Positions 10,585-23,357 of a stretch of DNA of 64,000 nt are shown in pieces. Made by a program: the position numbers and the translations under genes. The DNA is from Naegleria gruberi (taxonomy: Eukaryota), in the NCBI GenBank assembly GCA_000004985.1, contig GG738871.1, one strand, 5' to 3'. Positions within the stretch are counted from its first letter, which is position 1; the number at the start of each line of letters is the position of its first letter. The notes under the pieces were generated by a model, which was not told the DNA's origin, did no database searches, and saw nothing but the letters and a program-made list of their open reading frames with translations.

Positions 10585-11939
10585 TCAATCATCCAATTGT
10601 TGTTCTGTTTGTAGCTGGTGAGGTTGCATCTCAAAAACAGCAGAATTAGGTGTAGGTATTGATTCACCAACACTTGCAGTTTCAATTTCTAGCGTATTGA
10701 TGGAGTTGATAGTTGATGGAGAATTTGTTAAATTCTCTTTCATTGATAATCTCTTCTTAGTGGCCATTGGATTTTCTGCGTTGGAATTGACATTCTTCAT
10801 TACGTTCTTTACCATCTTTTTCATTTCACTCAATGGACCAAATAATATACACAACCCAACAACAAAACACCAAGTTGCCAGGGCTTTACCAATCAATGAA
10901 ATGACTTGGAAATAAACAGAAGTATTGGAAACTTCACCAACAAATGATACCAACTCCATAATACATAAAAAGACAGCAATCAATGCAACTAGTGTAACAA
11001 TGATAATAATTCTTCTAATGGCCTTATTGGTAGTTTTCTGAAGAAAATCACCTGAATTTTCAGAGCTAGATTTCAAATGTCTAACAAGTTGAACAGTTGT
11101 CCAAATCATGTAACCTAAAGATGACAAGACACAACCAATGAAAATAACAGTTTCAAGAGAATAGAAGAAAATAATAGCTGCCTGACTTGATGGATTTGCT
11201 GTTTCACTCTTTGTTATTTGATCTACCAAAACTGTCACACAATAGCCAACAATGACACTTCCCAAAATAATAGGTGTTGTAAAAATCAATCCCAACAATA
11301 TTTTGTACATTCTATTCGAAATGTATCTCAATTTCATACTTGTTTCCGCACTATGTGAAATAATTCACACAAACCATTCAACAACCAATGAACTACTTAC
11401 AATATATAACCCACAAACAGGAATTGAACAACCAGCCACCAATCATTCAATGCCCATCCACAATAAATCAGTGCATTGATCACTCTGACATGAAGTGGCT
11501 TTTGAGCACTCACAAATGTATCAACAGGAAATGCTGCCATGTTCAATATTCTCAATCCAAACACTATTATCAAAATAACAACACTAGGCAATAGAATGGA
11601 GAATAGAATAACCTTGTTTCTAGAATAGGGGCTCTTTTGATTATTATTATCTGTTAACTCTTGTTGATTCTTTGTGTCCATTGATGAAGCTCTGCTATGC
11701 TTTCCTCCTCTTTTCTGTCTTGTAAAGCAACACAACAAGATTAGGATAACTGGTAAAAGAACCACAAACGAAACCATCTGAATGGCAGTCACAGAAATCT
11801 CACCAATAACCTGTGCCTGTGGTACCGAAGATGATGTTGTAGAATTGGTCGAAACCACTGCTGAACCAAGCAAATTAACAATCTCGCGTAATACATCACC
11901 AGTTGCCACATGTTGAGGCATGTTAATATAATGGGCCAT
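10585..11939 (-). CDS. Seven-transmembrane membrane protein, possibly GPCR-like. Exons 11401..11939 and 10585..11350; 50-nt GTAAGT...TAG intron.
   Basis: Three hydrophobic helices in exon 1 and four in exon 2. N-terminal ~50 aa carries an NST sequon; the C-terminal tail is Ser/Thr-rich. Frame continuity across the intron was checked (…VGYI/FAETSMKLRYISNRMYKI…). Confidence 0.5.
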
Positions 11940-12417
11940 GATTACGACTGTTTTTTTATGAATGAACCAACATCAAATTTCATAACCACCATGAAAGAAA
12001 TTCTAAGAATCGAAGGGATTTTTAGGAGAAAATCTCAGCTGTCTGACAGCTACCACATACCCAATAGATCTTTCTCATTCTCTTTAGGCCAACTATGAAT
12101 GAATTTTGTTGGTGATGTTGTATTAAATATCTCCTGTTATTCAGTAATAATTTTAGCACCTTGCAAATTGGTAAGTGATTTGCCAGATTAAAGTGGGATG
12201 TATGTTAGTGTATGTATTGGTTGGTATGATGTCATTATAATTTGTCAATGCATGTCGTTAATTTGGTGTTTGTCATTCTGAGTTTGGTTTCGAATATAAA
12301 TATGTTATCGAGTCCACTACAGCTGTTTAGTTTACTACAACGTGAAGCTATCCTTGTTCTAATATGAGCACGATAATAATTCGTGAGAGTAATAATGGCC
12401 TAATACAGTTATTATAA

Positions 12418-13815
12418 TTAATCCATATAATCTGAACAATACGAAAGTACCATACTCTCTAGGGTGCCTCTATGTTTATCCTGGGGACTATGATTAGCAT
12501 GTTTTAAATAGTGTTTCAATGCTTTCCATTTCAAAACCAATTGAAAGAATGATTTTGCTTCCTTATCACTCCTTATTGGCTCCAAATATTCTAAATATGG
12601 TGTAATGTTTAACTCTGATTGAGCTCTCCAACTGTTCAATTGAGTATTGAAACTGAAACCCTTCTCTTGCTCGGTTGAGTTTGGCCAATAATAAACAACT
12701 ATTAGGAAATCATGTCGACCATACTGTTTGGTAAATTTTTCTAAGCATAACATTTCCCTCGATCCATTGGAGGTATATAAATTAATGAACATTACACATT
12801 GAGTATTCGATCCATGTTCTGGTTTGTAATCATCCATTGATATTCCAAAGTTTACCAAATATTTCGCATTATTCCTCTTGCATTTCACATTGATTGGTTT
12901 TCCTTCTGTGCCAAATAAGAGCTGTTTCACAACATTCTCATCATCTGGATTTTTAAAGTAAAAAAATGATTCTTCCTTTGGAATATTTGATGATGAATAA
13001 CTCTTTTCACAAACCTCAAAACATGAGTCAATTGACCTCCAAGTCTTGTTAAATATGAAAATCATTGCCATATCTCTCCAGTTCTTGGCATTGATAAATT
13101 CTAGTGAGAATGGTTGATACTTTTGTACATGCAGTACCAATCTCTTTGGTGACATTCGAAACCAAAACCAAGGATCTCCCAACCAATAATGATACACCAA
13201 TTTACAACTCGCTGAAAAATTACAACAATCACGAATGCTCAAAAAGGACAATATTATTGGAATGATATCAGAATTAATCAATCCCAATTCATGACTCAAT
13301 AGTGTTGAATGTGACTGATCAAATTGTTGTGCATATTCTTCATGTCTTTCATACCATCCTATTAAAATTCAATATTTGTTAATTATCATCAAAAGTTTCA
13401 TATATTTTCATATGTGTGCAATTGATAAATCAATCATGAAAAACAATTGATTAATAAACAAACCTCTCCTGTATTGAATAAATTCCATTGGGAGTGAAAA
13501 AACCCTCTCATCAATCTCCTCTTCTTCATCACTATCATCCGAATCATCATTTCTTTTTATTATTCTTTGTAAAATTGTTTTCCTTCTCGGAGGCTGTTGT
13601 TGATGATGATCACTACTACCAGAATAAGAGGCTGAATTAGAAGATGATGCAACGGCTCCTCTAGAAGATGAAGCTGTTGTTGTTGCTGATCGATTTCTTC
13701 TATTTATGAATGTTGAAAAGAGTGTTCTTCTGCGAAATGTTGGATTTTCATTGGTAGTGGAAGTACGACTGTTTGAATTTGAGGGTGGTGGAATGGAGCT
13801 AGGTTGTTGTCCCAT
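12418..13815 (-). CDS. N-myristoylation-motif (MGQQPSS) F-box-like protein. Exons 13464..13815 and 12418..13358; 105-nt GTTTGT...TAG intron.
   Basis: Ser-rich N-terminus with acidic stretch DDSDDSDEEEEIDE, then the F-box-like IIPIILSFLSIRDCCNFSASCKLVYHYW. The splice QYRRG/WYERHEEYAQQFDQSHSTLLSHELGLI is in frame. Confidence 0.55.
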
Positions 13816-14295
13816 TTTTTTTGATTCAGAGTTCTGGATAGTTCAGGTAGAATTTCGAAAAGTATTTCGAATAAGGAAATATTGTAATGCCACTACAAAT
13901 TCTAACAATTCTTGAAAATCGAATGCTAAAGAAAAATTGAACTTGTAAAGTTCGCAATGTTTTTGTCATTTAGATTTACAAAAATTATCTTCCTTTTGGT
14001 CCATCATATGCTTCTAATCAACAAAAGGACACCGCCACCATTTCGCTTAATCATTTTTATTATTAATTTTAATATTATTATTATTAATATTTTATTAAAA
14101 GAATCCATGCAGAATTGAATTGAATGACATTTACAGCGAATGTACGATCTTTGCAAAGATCGAATTTGGCGGGAGTGCTCCTTTTACATCTCATTACGTT
14201 CAGAGAGACAAGAAAATCATTCAAAAAAATTAAAAGTAACAACAACAGCAGTTTTACTGGTTTTCACTCAAAGTTGAAGAGAAACACACACAATA

Positions 14296-16971
14296 ATGGG
14301 TAATAAGGCTGTGAAACAATTAGGAGATGTTCCAAATGGTGATTTGGATTTGTTATCCTCCACATCTTTTAGAGAGGATTTATTTGATCAATTTCCGACT
14401 GTGATTAGCAAGTTGGAGCTTGGTGTGCAAGAATTTGAACAATTTATTAAATTGTGTGATGATACTGGATCTCTTTATAAATCAATTGCTAAAAAGTTTT
14501 CAGTGAATAAGAAAACAGAGGCGTATGTGTTTGTTCAATCTCATGTTTAAAGTTTTTAATAATTTAGAAGATTACCAACAAATGTTGTGGAAAAACTAAC
14601 TGCTGGTTTGGAATCAATTGCATCGGGATACTTGACTTCTATCAAGGAAATGGATAAATTGGAATTAGATGCTGATGAAGTAAAGAAGGAATTGAATAAT
14701 TATATTAGTATGGCAAAGAAGGAAGAGAAACTTCTCAGTTCTAAACTAGTTGCTGTACGAAAGGAAGAAGAAAAAATCAGAGATAAATTCTTTGATGAGA
14801 AATTGTTTATTCAAGAATCAAAATCAAATCTACTCATTAATTTAAAGGATTTAACTGAGAAAAAGATACTTGATATTAATAAGAAGATTCAAATATCTGA
14901 AGAAAATGTCATTAAACTTGAAAAGGAAGCTGATGTGATCAAGAGAAAGGTGAAGGAGGTTAGCAGTGAATACGATCTCAAACTCAGAAATATTCTTTCA
15001 CACTTGGAATTTATTGATAGAAAGAGATTTAGATACATGAAGGATTTAACAAAACGATTTTCACAAATTCAAACTAATACTGCCAAGATGGTTATTGAAC
15101 AACACGGAGTTGTTGATACAAAGATTGAACTTCTCAACGAAGAGAATGAATTTAACGAGTATATTACATCCGTAAAATCAATCAAACCAACATCCAACAT
15201 TATTTCAAAAGATTCTGAACAAAAATTACTTGTCAGAATTGCTTCTCAAAGTTGGGACTTTATGAAATCAGCATCAGGCACTGTAAAGAAGACCTTTGAA
15301 TCTGGAGAAAAGTTTACAGATTCTTTATTCCCTCCAAAAAACATCTCAATAGATCCAGAAATGGAAGATTCAGTTCTTTGGATGAGAGCTGTCGATTTAC
15401 TTGGCCCATTTAAAATCATTAGCCCTGAAACTGTTCTGGCCTATGATATCAAACCACAAAAATCAATTACTGGATATGAATGGTTGACAAGTGCTTTGGA
15501 ATTCATTGCATCCAAGCCAGCACTTATTGAAAGAATATTTGTTGTCAAGACTCCTAATGATTTGGGAATTTTAGAGCTAAATATGTGCATTGGAGGCGAA
15601 TTTTATAAGATTACCATTGATGATTTCTTCCCAGCAAGCAGAGATGGAAATCCATTGTACTCCTCAACAAAGAGCAAAGACCTTTGGGCTATGGCTATTG
15701 AAAAAGGAGTTGCTAAGGTTTGTGGAACATACAAGAGAATGGCATCATCTTCATTCACAATTGGTGATGCATTTGAATTATTGACAGGTTGTCCAAGCTT
15801 TTACCAACCAGTTGGTATTTCCAACACCAACCACTTGTGGAAGCCAATTTCTAACTTTACTCAAAGCAGAAATATTACTTGCTGTTTAACTCTTCCTTTT
15901 TCTGAAACTACAGCCACTTCAATTGGTTTACACCCAGTTTATCCATATTATTTAGTGGGATGCTTGGAAATGAACGGAAAGAAAATTGTTAAATTGAAAT
16001 GTACTAGAGGACCAGCAGAGTGGAAGGGTGATTATTCTGAATCAGATAGAGTCAACTGGACTCCAGAATACAGAAATGCACTCGGTGTGGATCAATCAGC
16101 ACAAGATGGATACTTCTTTATGCCATTCTCAGATTTTTGCAAGTATTTTGATAGTATGTCATCTTTCAAATATGATCCACTTTTAGCCAGATTCCAACAT
16201 AGAATTCCATACCCAAGCCCTTCTGATTCAAGCCCTCCAACCAATACAGTCACAGAAGTTTCCATTGAAACAGATCAAAAGGAAGTTTACTTTGGTCTCC
16301 ACCAAAAACATGACAGATTCAAGGGTTCTCCAGCTAGATCTGCCATGGGTTTCATTGTTGTTAGAAAGCAAGGTAGTAAGATTGTTGGTGCCGTTAGATT
16401 ATCCACAAATCCTTGTAATTATTCTGAAGGATTATCTTTAAGAGCTGGAGATTATCAAATTATTCCAATTGTTGCACAAAATGCTATTTCTGTAGATGTG
16501 TTTGGATCTGGAAATGCACCAAATCTTACAGTTGTTGTTCATGCTAGAGGTAATGTTAGAATGAAAACTGCTGAGAAGGTATCTATCAAGATGACTCCAA
16601 TTCAAAAATCAATGGTTGAGCAATTCTTGTCTGGAGTTATTCCAAAGAGTCCTTCCCTTATTATGGAAGAAGCTAAGTCTGCTCCACAATCTCCATCCGT
16701 TGTTGGTAACTTTACACCATTACAGGAAGAAATAACTGAAGCAGATAACTTTTTGAATCAAGAAATCACTCCAGAAGTTACTGCAACTCAAACAATTGAT
16801 GAATCACTCCAAGAAGAAGACTCAACACAAGTCATTGAGAAGGAAGAACTACAAGCTGAACAAACCGTAGAAGAACCACACGTAGAAGAAACAACCGATT
16901 TGGCTCAAGTAAAGGAAGACGATAATGTTATTCCCTCTGACGACCAAGAGCACTTTGAAGAATTTGAATAA
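14296..16971 (+). CDS. Calpain-like protein lacking the catalytic Cys (pseudoprotease), with N-terminal MGNKAV myristoylation motif and coiled coil. Probable 39-42-nt intron near 14529..14567.
   Basis: The C-terminal half aligns to the calpain protease core: ITGYEWLTSALEFIASKPALIERIFVV corresponds to QGxLGDCWLLAA (C to E, D to Y), and LWAMAIEKGVAKVCGTYKRMASSSFTIGDAFELLTGCP corresponds to LWvaLlEKAYAKlhGsYeaL.gG...eAledlTGg. ORFs 14296..14550 and 14587..16971 are in the same frame, separated by one stop that a GTTTGTT...TAG mini-intron removes. Confidence 0.65.
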
Positions 16972-17070
16972 ATAAACCAATATCTGATCTTTCTTTCAGT
17001 AACGAATCGTATGATGATTGGAACAATAACATAAGAGAGGATTAAATAATAAATAGTGGTGATTAATAAT

Positions 17071-20000
17071 TTATTTGAGGATAGTGTTGAGTTGCTCAGC
17101 AAGCTTTGAAGGGAAAAATCTCTTTGGTATTTCCAAAGAGTTGATCTTACCATGACCATCAAGCATATCAAATTCAAAAACATTAGCTTGGAGTGGCTTC
17201 TTGGATCCTAAATCAGTGAAATAGTTAAAGTCAACTAGAGGTTTGGATAAAACATTGTCCAGTGTTGGAATCTTCTTGCCAATGAGTTCTTCAATTTCGC
17301 GTTGAGAGAAGGTGGTATTTGAATACTCATCTGTTTCATAATTAGAATAGATATAGGCAATTTGTTGGACTGAAAGTTCTGGACAAATCTCTTGTCTTGT
17401 ACCTTCATCTTCAAGCAATTGCTTTTGAGCAATAACACAAATATCAGCTGCTTGTCTAGAAAGTGTAAAGTAAACTTGCAACTTTTCTTCATCAAAGTCC
17501 TCATTGTCATGGAATTGTTTTCTCAAAGATTGAACAACATTCTTAGAGTTGAACCAATTTTCAAGGAAGGCAACACTCATCTTAACTGAAAGACCCTTGG
17601 AGGCAGAAGCATCCTTGATAAAGTGATTGAATATAATTGAATCCAAACACATGGCAACATTTTCAAAAATGTGATTAACAACACGTTTGTCCAGCTTTTG
17701 TTGTTCAACACGTTGGTAGATTTCAGTAAGAAGTGAAATACACAATCTCATATCTGGACCACCATCTGTTGATTTGGATGAAGCTTGTTTTGGATTGAAC
17801 ACCGCCTTCACTAATCTGTCCTTCAAAAATTGGACAATCTTGGAACAGAGATTGAGATAGGCTCTAGCAAGAATATCAGTAAGAGCATCAGTAAATTCTT
17901 GCATGTCGGCAACATAAACTTCATCATCCTCAAGTACAGAGTATACTGGTGGTTCGGCCAAAATACGTTCTTCTTCCTTTGCCAAAATTGCTTGAACAGT
18001 GACACCTTCCATTGTTTCGAATGAGTGATGAACTTGATTTTCGTTTCCACTTGATTGATAGAGGTTCAAAAGTCTGTATAATACATTAACCCAATACATC
18101 ATCATCTCCTCATCTCTGGCATATCTATCTACAACGTAGGACAGAGCCTTGATAATATTTGTACAGAAGAATTTACTCGATTCTGGAGAGAACTTTAGAG
18201 TTGAGAGGAATAAAACCTTGGTTGGAGTTGGAACTTTAGAGCTTCCCAAATAGTCACTAGGTTGACTGTAGATGATTGCAGATTCAATAATGAACTTCTC
18301 TACATCAGAATTTTGCAATGATGATATTTGCTCTTTCAATTTCTTGGTTTCTTGTTCATTACCTGTCTTTGACTGTTTAAAATAATAATAATAAAAATAT
18401 TGGTTAGTAAGTTGAATAAAAATAAATAGAAAAGTGATAATTTGTTATCAGTTAGTTTTTAAGTTAGAAAAGTGTGAGTGTAAGTGTAAAAGTTAGAAAT
18501 GATATTTGCCTTTTGGTTTTCATCAAATTGTTTTTGAACTTTTTCAAGTCTTCTCTTGTCTTGCTCCAATTCATCAATTTGTTCTTCCAATTCGGTTATT
18601 CTGTTCTTTCCCTTCTTTAATTTGTTTTCCAATTCCGAGAATTTATCATCCATGTCCATAACTTTTTGGTTTAATTCCTCATTTTCTTCCTTCAACTTTT
18701 CAATTTCCTCCTCAAGTGCAAACTTTGACTTTTTATCCTCATTAACAGAATTCTATAATAATTAATAAGTTAGTACATAAAAATTCAAATTAAATAAAAA
18801 AACATAGTGAGAATTGTGGGTGATGTGTTAGTGTAAAAGTGTGTGTGATATTTGCCTTTTGTTGTTGTTCAATTTCTTCAATTCTTTCCTCAAGTTCTCT
18901 GATCAAAGTATCCTTCTCCTTGAGCTCATCTTCAGTATTCTTACTCTTTTCACTACTACCCTTCTTCAATTTTGCAATTTGATTACCAAGCTCATCAACT
19001 TCTTCTTGAAGTTGATTACGTTCTTTTTCTATCTTGGACAATTTAGAATCAACACTGTCTAGATCTTGTTCCAACTCTTCAATCTTTGAATCCTTTTGGC
19101 TATTGTCATCTTCCAACACTTGAAGTTGTCCAGAAAGCTTCTTGCATTCCATGGCTTGCTTTTTAGAATCTTCTTCAGCCTTTGCGACTTGTTGTCTGAG
19201 AGTTTCAAGTTCCTCAACCTTTGAATCAATAAGTTCATTCAATTTTATCACTTGGGTTTCACTCTCTGTAAGCTTCTTTTCTGTATCACCTAGTTTCTTT
19301 TCCGTTTCTCCAAGCTTCTTTTCGAGAGTTGTTTTTTGCTTCTTGACAATATCATCCATGGAAGCAGAATTCTTTGACAAACTTTCAATTTCTAAAATTT
19401 TTTCAGATAGGTCTTTTTCCTTTTCTTTGATCTTTTCTTCCAATTGCTGATTCTTGCTCTTGATAGTGGTAATCTCAATATCTAGATTCTTTCTCTCTTC
19501 TCTTAATGATTCGACAAGTTTGTTCAAATCCACTTCAGTTGACTATTTAAAGGTCATATGATATAAATTGTTAGTATGTTGTTTAAAATAAATGTGAAAA
19601 AAAAATGTGACATCACAGTTAGTACAAGTTAGTTCGCACCCAATAAAAAATCTAGCCTTTGGCTTTCATTCTTAAAGGGACAAATTGTTAGTTCTGGTTA
19701 GATACTTAAAGTTTTTGAAAAATATCCCGCACTCTTTGCAGAGATTGAGTGTGTAGTGTAAGATATGTACCTTTAGTTTTCTTGCCTCGGAATTAATATC
19801 AGAAACCTCATTAAATGTTTCTAAAACAGTAGAGAAGTGGCGACTAGCTTCTTGTTTCAGTTCCCCAATCGTGTTTTTCAAATGTGTAATTTCCTCAAGC
19901 AACAATTCTTCCACTTGCTTGCTAGCTTCTTTCAATTTCTTGCATTCTTCTTTCAAGTCTTCAACTTGTTGTTTGTAGCTCTCAATATCCTTATCTTTTT

Positions 20001-22958
20001 CTTCGCAGCTCTTCTCTATTTGTTTGGTTTCACTAATAGCAGCTTCTAGCTCTGAGGTAACATCTTCTACCTTCTTCTTATAAGATTCAAGGGATTGGTT
20101 GAGGTTCTCTAACTCTTGAGTAAGGTTTCTGTTCTTCTCTTCAACTTTTGAACATTTTTCTTGGTATTCTGAAAGCTTGTTTTCGATTTGAATAACAACT
20201 TCGTCAGTGTGTTGAGATGATTGCTTCTTGACATCTTCCACTCTTTCTTTAAGTTCAGAAATTTCTTTTTGGAGAGAATCTTGCATTTCTGCCTTGCTCT
20301 TTTCTGAGGATTGCCATTTTTGGGTGGCCTTTTCAACATCTTGTGAGTGTGCATTCTTTTCCTTCTTTAATTCATCCTTAAGACGTTCAACCTCATCAGT
20401 AACCTTCTTCAAATCTAATGCGAGTGCTTCCTTTCCTGATTTCAGCATTGACATCTTTGTTGAATATTCATTATCCTTGGAGAGGTATTCCTGTTTGAGG
20501 TTTTCCATTTGTTTCTTGAGAGATTCCTTTTCCTTGGTAGCAGCTTCCTCTTGTTTGTTGCGAGTTTCTATGGATTGTGTCAATTGAATGTTCAAAGCTG
20601 ATATCTTGGATGCCAAGTCATCTCTTTCCTTCTTGATATCTTGTAAATTTCTTTCCAATGATTCATTCTTTTCCTGTATCATAGTATTGGTATTTTGAAT
20701 TTGTACAATATTGGAGGTTAATACTTCGGATACAGCAGAAATCTCTTCCTTAACTTCATTTTCTAATGTTTGCTTAGCCTTCATAATACTCTCATCAGAA
20801 ATACCGTTTCTCATATTTTCAACAATATCAGAAAATGAGTCAGAGTGAGTAAGAATGCTTGAAAGCTCATCACTATTACCCAATTGGGTTGCTGTTTGAA
20901 GAAGGGTGTTTTGAATCTTAGTCTTGAGTGTTCTAAACTCCAAAAGACAAGAAAGAAGTAGCTCTCTATGCTTAGTTGCAGAAGATATTTCCTTACTTTG
21001 TTGAGAAACCAATTCAGCCAAACCCTTTCTTTCTTCCTTCAATCTATTAATGTCTGTTTCAAGTTCTTCAATTTCTACCTTTCTCTTTGTCTCTTTGGAA
21101 CTAAATTCTTTCTTTAGCTGATCAATCTCATTTTCATAACGAGTTTTGCTTTCTGACAAGTCTTTTTCATTGGTTACCTTAAATATATGAAGTTAGGAAT
21201 TATTCTATATCTCAATTATAAAAATGAACTTAACAGGGTGAGACTCTTTTCAGTTAGTTAGGTGTGAGTGTAATTAGTGTCAAGTGTACGTGTCGTGTGG
21301 GTTGATGTTTATACTTTACCTTTTGTGATTTCATATCTTCTTGAAGTTTTTCATTTTCTCTCTTCATTTTATCCATTTGCTTCTTGTCTGCAATGAGTTG
21401 TTCCTCATATTCCTTAGCTTGTTCTCTCATATTCTTGATTTCTTCTTCCAAATTTTGAACCTTTTCGTCATATTCGTATGAGAGGGATTGTTTTTGCTTT
21501 GAAGATGATGCACGACCATTTTCATTTTCTTCTTCAAGGTCCTTGATTCTATCCTTCAACTTTTTAATTTCTGTTTCATTCTTTTGAGCTTGCTTTTGCT
21601 TTAATTGAAGTTCAAAGAGCTTGCTATCAACTTCTTGTTGAGATTCCTGAGCCTTGTCTCTTTGTTTTATCAAATCTTCATTTTCTCTTTGGAGATTTTT
21701 AAGTTTTTCAACAGCTGAATCTCTTTCTTTTTGAACCTTTTTAAGCTATTAAATGTCAATATTCTCAATCTTTGTACACCAACTTACCAAATTAGTCTTG
21801 TCATTTTCTTTGAGAGTCTTGACTTGTTTCAAGAGCAATTTTACCTTTCTCTTGAGGTGATTAATTTGTCTTTCAAATTCAGCAGTATCTACATGTGATG
21901 AAACTTGAGCAGATTCATCAGTTTCAGTGTGCTGATTATTTTCTTCATCCTCATCTTCGGTTCCCTTTTCAACTTGTTCATCCTCTTCTTCTGGTTCTTC
22001 ATCGTGGTGTTCCTCAGGATGTTCTTCTTCGTCCTTTATTTGCTCTTCGATATCTCTTTCAATATCCTCTTCATTTACTTCAACTTCAGGTTCATGATGA
22101 TCCTCTTCGTCATAATTATGTTCCTCATGATCATTATAGTCGTGCTCTTCGTGTTCTTCCTCATCCTTATCCTCACCAATATCCTACAAATTGATTGTTA
22201 ACAATTACTACAATAATTAAACATACTTGATTTGTTCCTTCATCTTCATCGACTTCATCATTACCTCCAGTATAAGTACTAACAGCAGTAAAATCATCAT
22301 CACTTAATTTTGTTACAATCATACAAGTTCTAGTAGAATACTTACTTTGGATTTTGATCCTTTAAACATTTAGAATTGATAACAAGTTTCAATTTGGCCT
22401 TGCTACTATCCTTTGTTGGCATGTCTATTTCCTTTGTGGATGTCTTTTCAGAATCTTCATCTACAAACAATGCCAAATCCAAAGTTTCCTTCACAAGTGT
22501 ATTTGTTTTTCCATTCTTTCCTTTCTCTTCCAATGTGATTTGAAGATCTTTCTTTTGGAATTTACCCTTTTTAAAATAGAGAGTTCCATTGAATTTAAAT
22601 GTTCTATTCCAAATAATACGGGTACCTTCAATCTTGTTAAATTCGGTTTCACCCTTTCTCTTTTTTCCTCTTTTCCAAAATATCTATTATTGTGATTGTA
22701 TCATAAAACGTTGATGATATTATAATGATGATGACAGCGTTGTTGATGTTTGATAAGGAATTTAATGATGATGGGTATTATCATAGTGATGATATTTAAA
22801 TATTATGATGAAAATAATAAACATACAGCATAGGTACATTCATCCTTCTTCTTTTCCTTCACTTCGGTCAAGTGATCAATAGAAAGGTTAAATTGAAACT
22901 TGAAAGCCTCCCTATTCGTAACCTGTTGGGCTACTTTGCTTTGTAACTTTTTAAACAT
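17071..22958 (-). CDS. Large multi-exon gene: N-terminal NT-C2-like domain, acidic region, ~1000 aa coiled coil, and a C-terminal myosin-V-type DIL/globular-tail cargo-binding domain, with no motor domain. Proposed exons (minus strand): 22827..22958, 22346..22683, 22227..22302, 21788..22183, 21320..21745, 19771..21178, 18856..19542, 18510..18751, 17071..18372.
   Basis: Exons 1-2 read MFKKLQSKVAQQVTNREAFKFQFNLSIDHLTEVKEKKKDECTYA/IFWKRGKKRKGETEFNKIEGTRIIWNRTFKFNGTLYFKKGKFQKKDLQITLEEKGK... (NT-C2-like). The last exon reads ...LLTEIYQRVEQQKLDKRVVNHIFENVAMCLDSIIFNHFIKD... (DIL-like). All junctions were checked for frame continuity. Introns are 42-230 nt with GTAAGT/GTATGT/GTACAT donors, except two putative GC donors (AAG|GCAAAT) at 18504-18509 and 18850-18855. 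Confidence 0.5.
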
Positions 22959-23357
22959 GATTAAATACTACTAAACACTATGGAGCAAGGTAGATTTCAA
23001 TCTGATAATAAATTAATGAATGATGTACAGGAGAGATTGATAATCTTCTACTACCGTTGGTTGCTAATTAATTTTTTTTAAATATTTTTTAAAAATGCAA
23101 AATTATCCACCAAGAATAGCCAAGTGACCAATTGCTTCTGGTAGACAAAATGCAACGGTCATCATGCGTACTGTGAAATTTAAAAAATCAAGCGCCAAAT
23201 GATTCTCTTTGCCCAATTGACAGTTTACTTTTTTATTCTGTACAGTTATTTATTATGGATGTTGTGAGGTTTCATTAAGAATTAATACCGCTTTTTATCA
23301 TTTAAATTTGTAATGTTAATGATATCATTGAATATTCGTCTAGACTCTGTTATTGAG

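Noticed and set aside
22540-22700. Possible separate small gene for the NT-C2-like segment.
   Set aside because: Frame and splice-site continuity (GCT|GTATGT ... ATAG|ATATTTTGG and CCAAA|GTAAGT ... TTAAG|TGATGAT) link it to the upstream ATG at 22958 and to the downstream acidic and coiled-coil exons. Treated as part of one gene.
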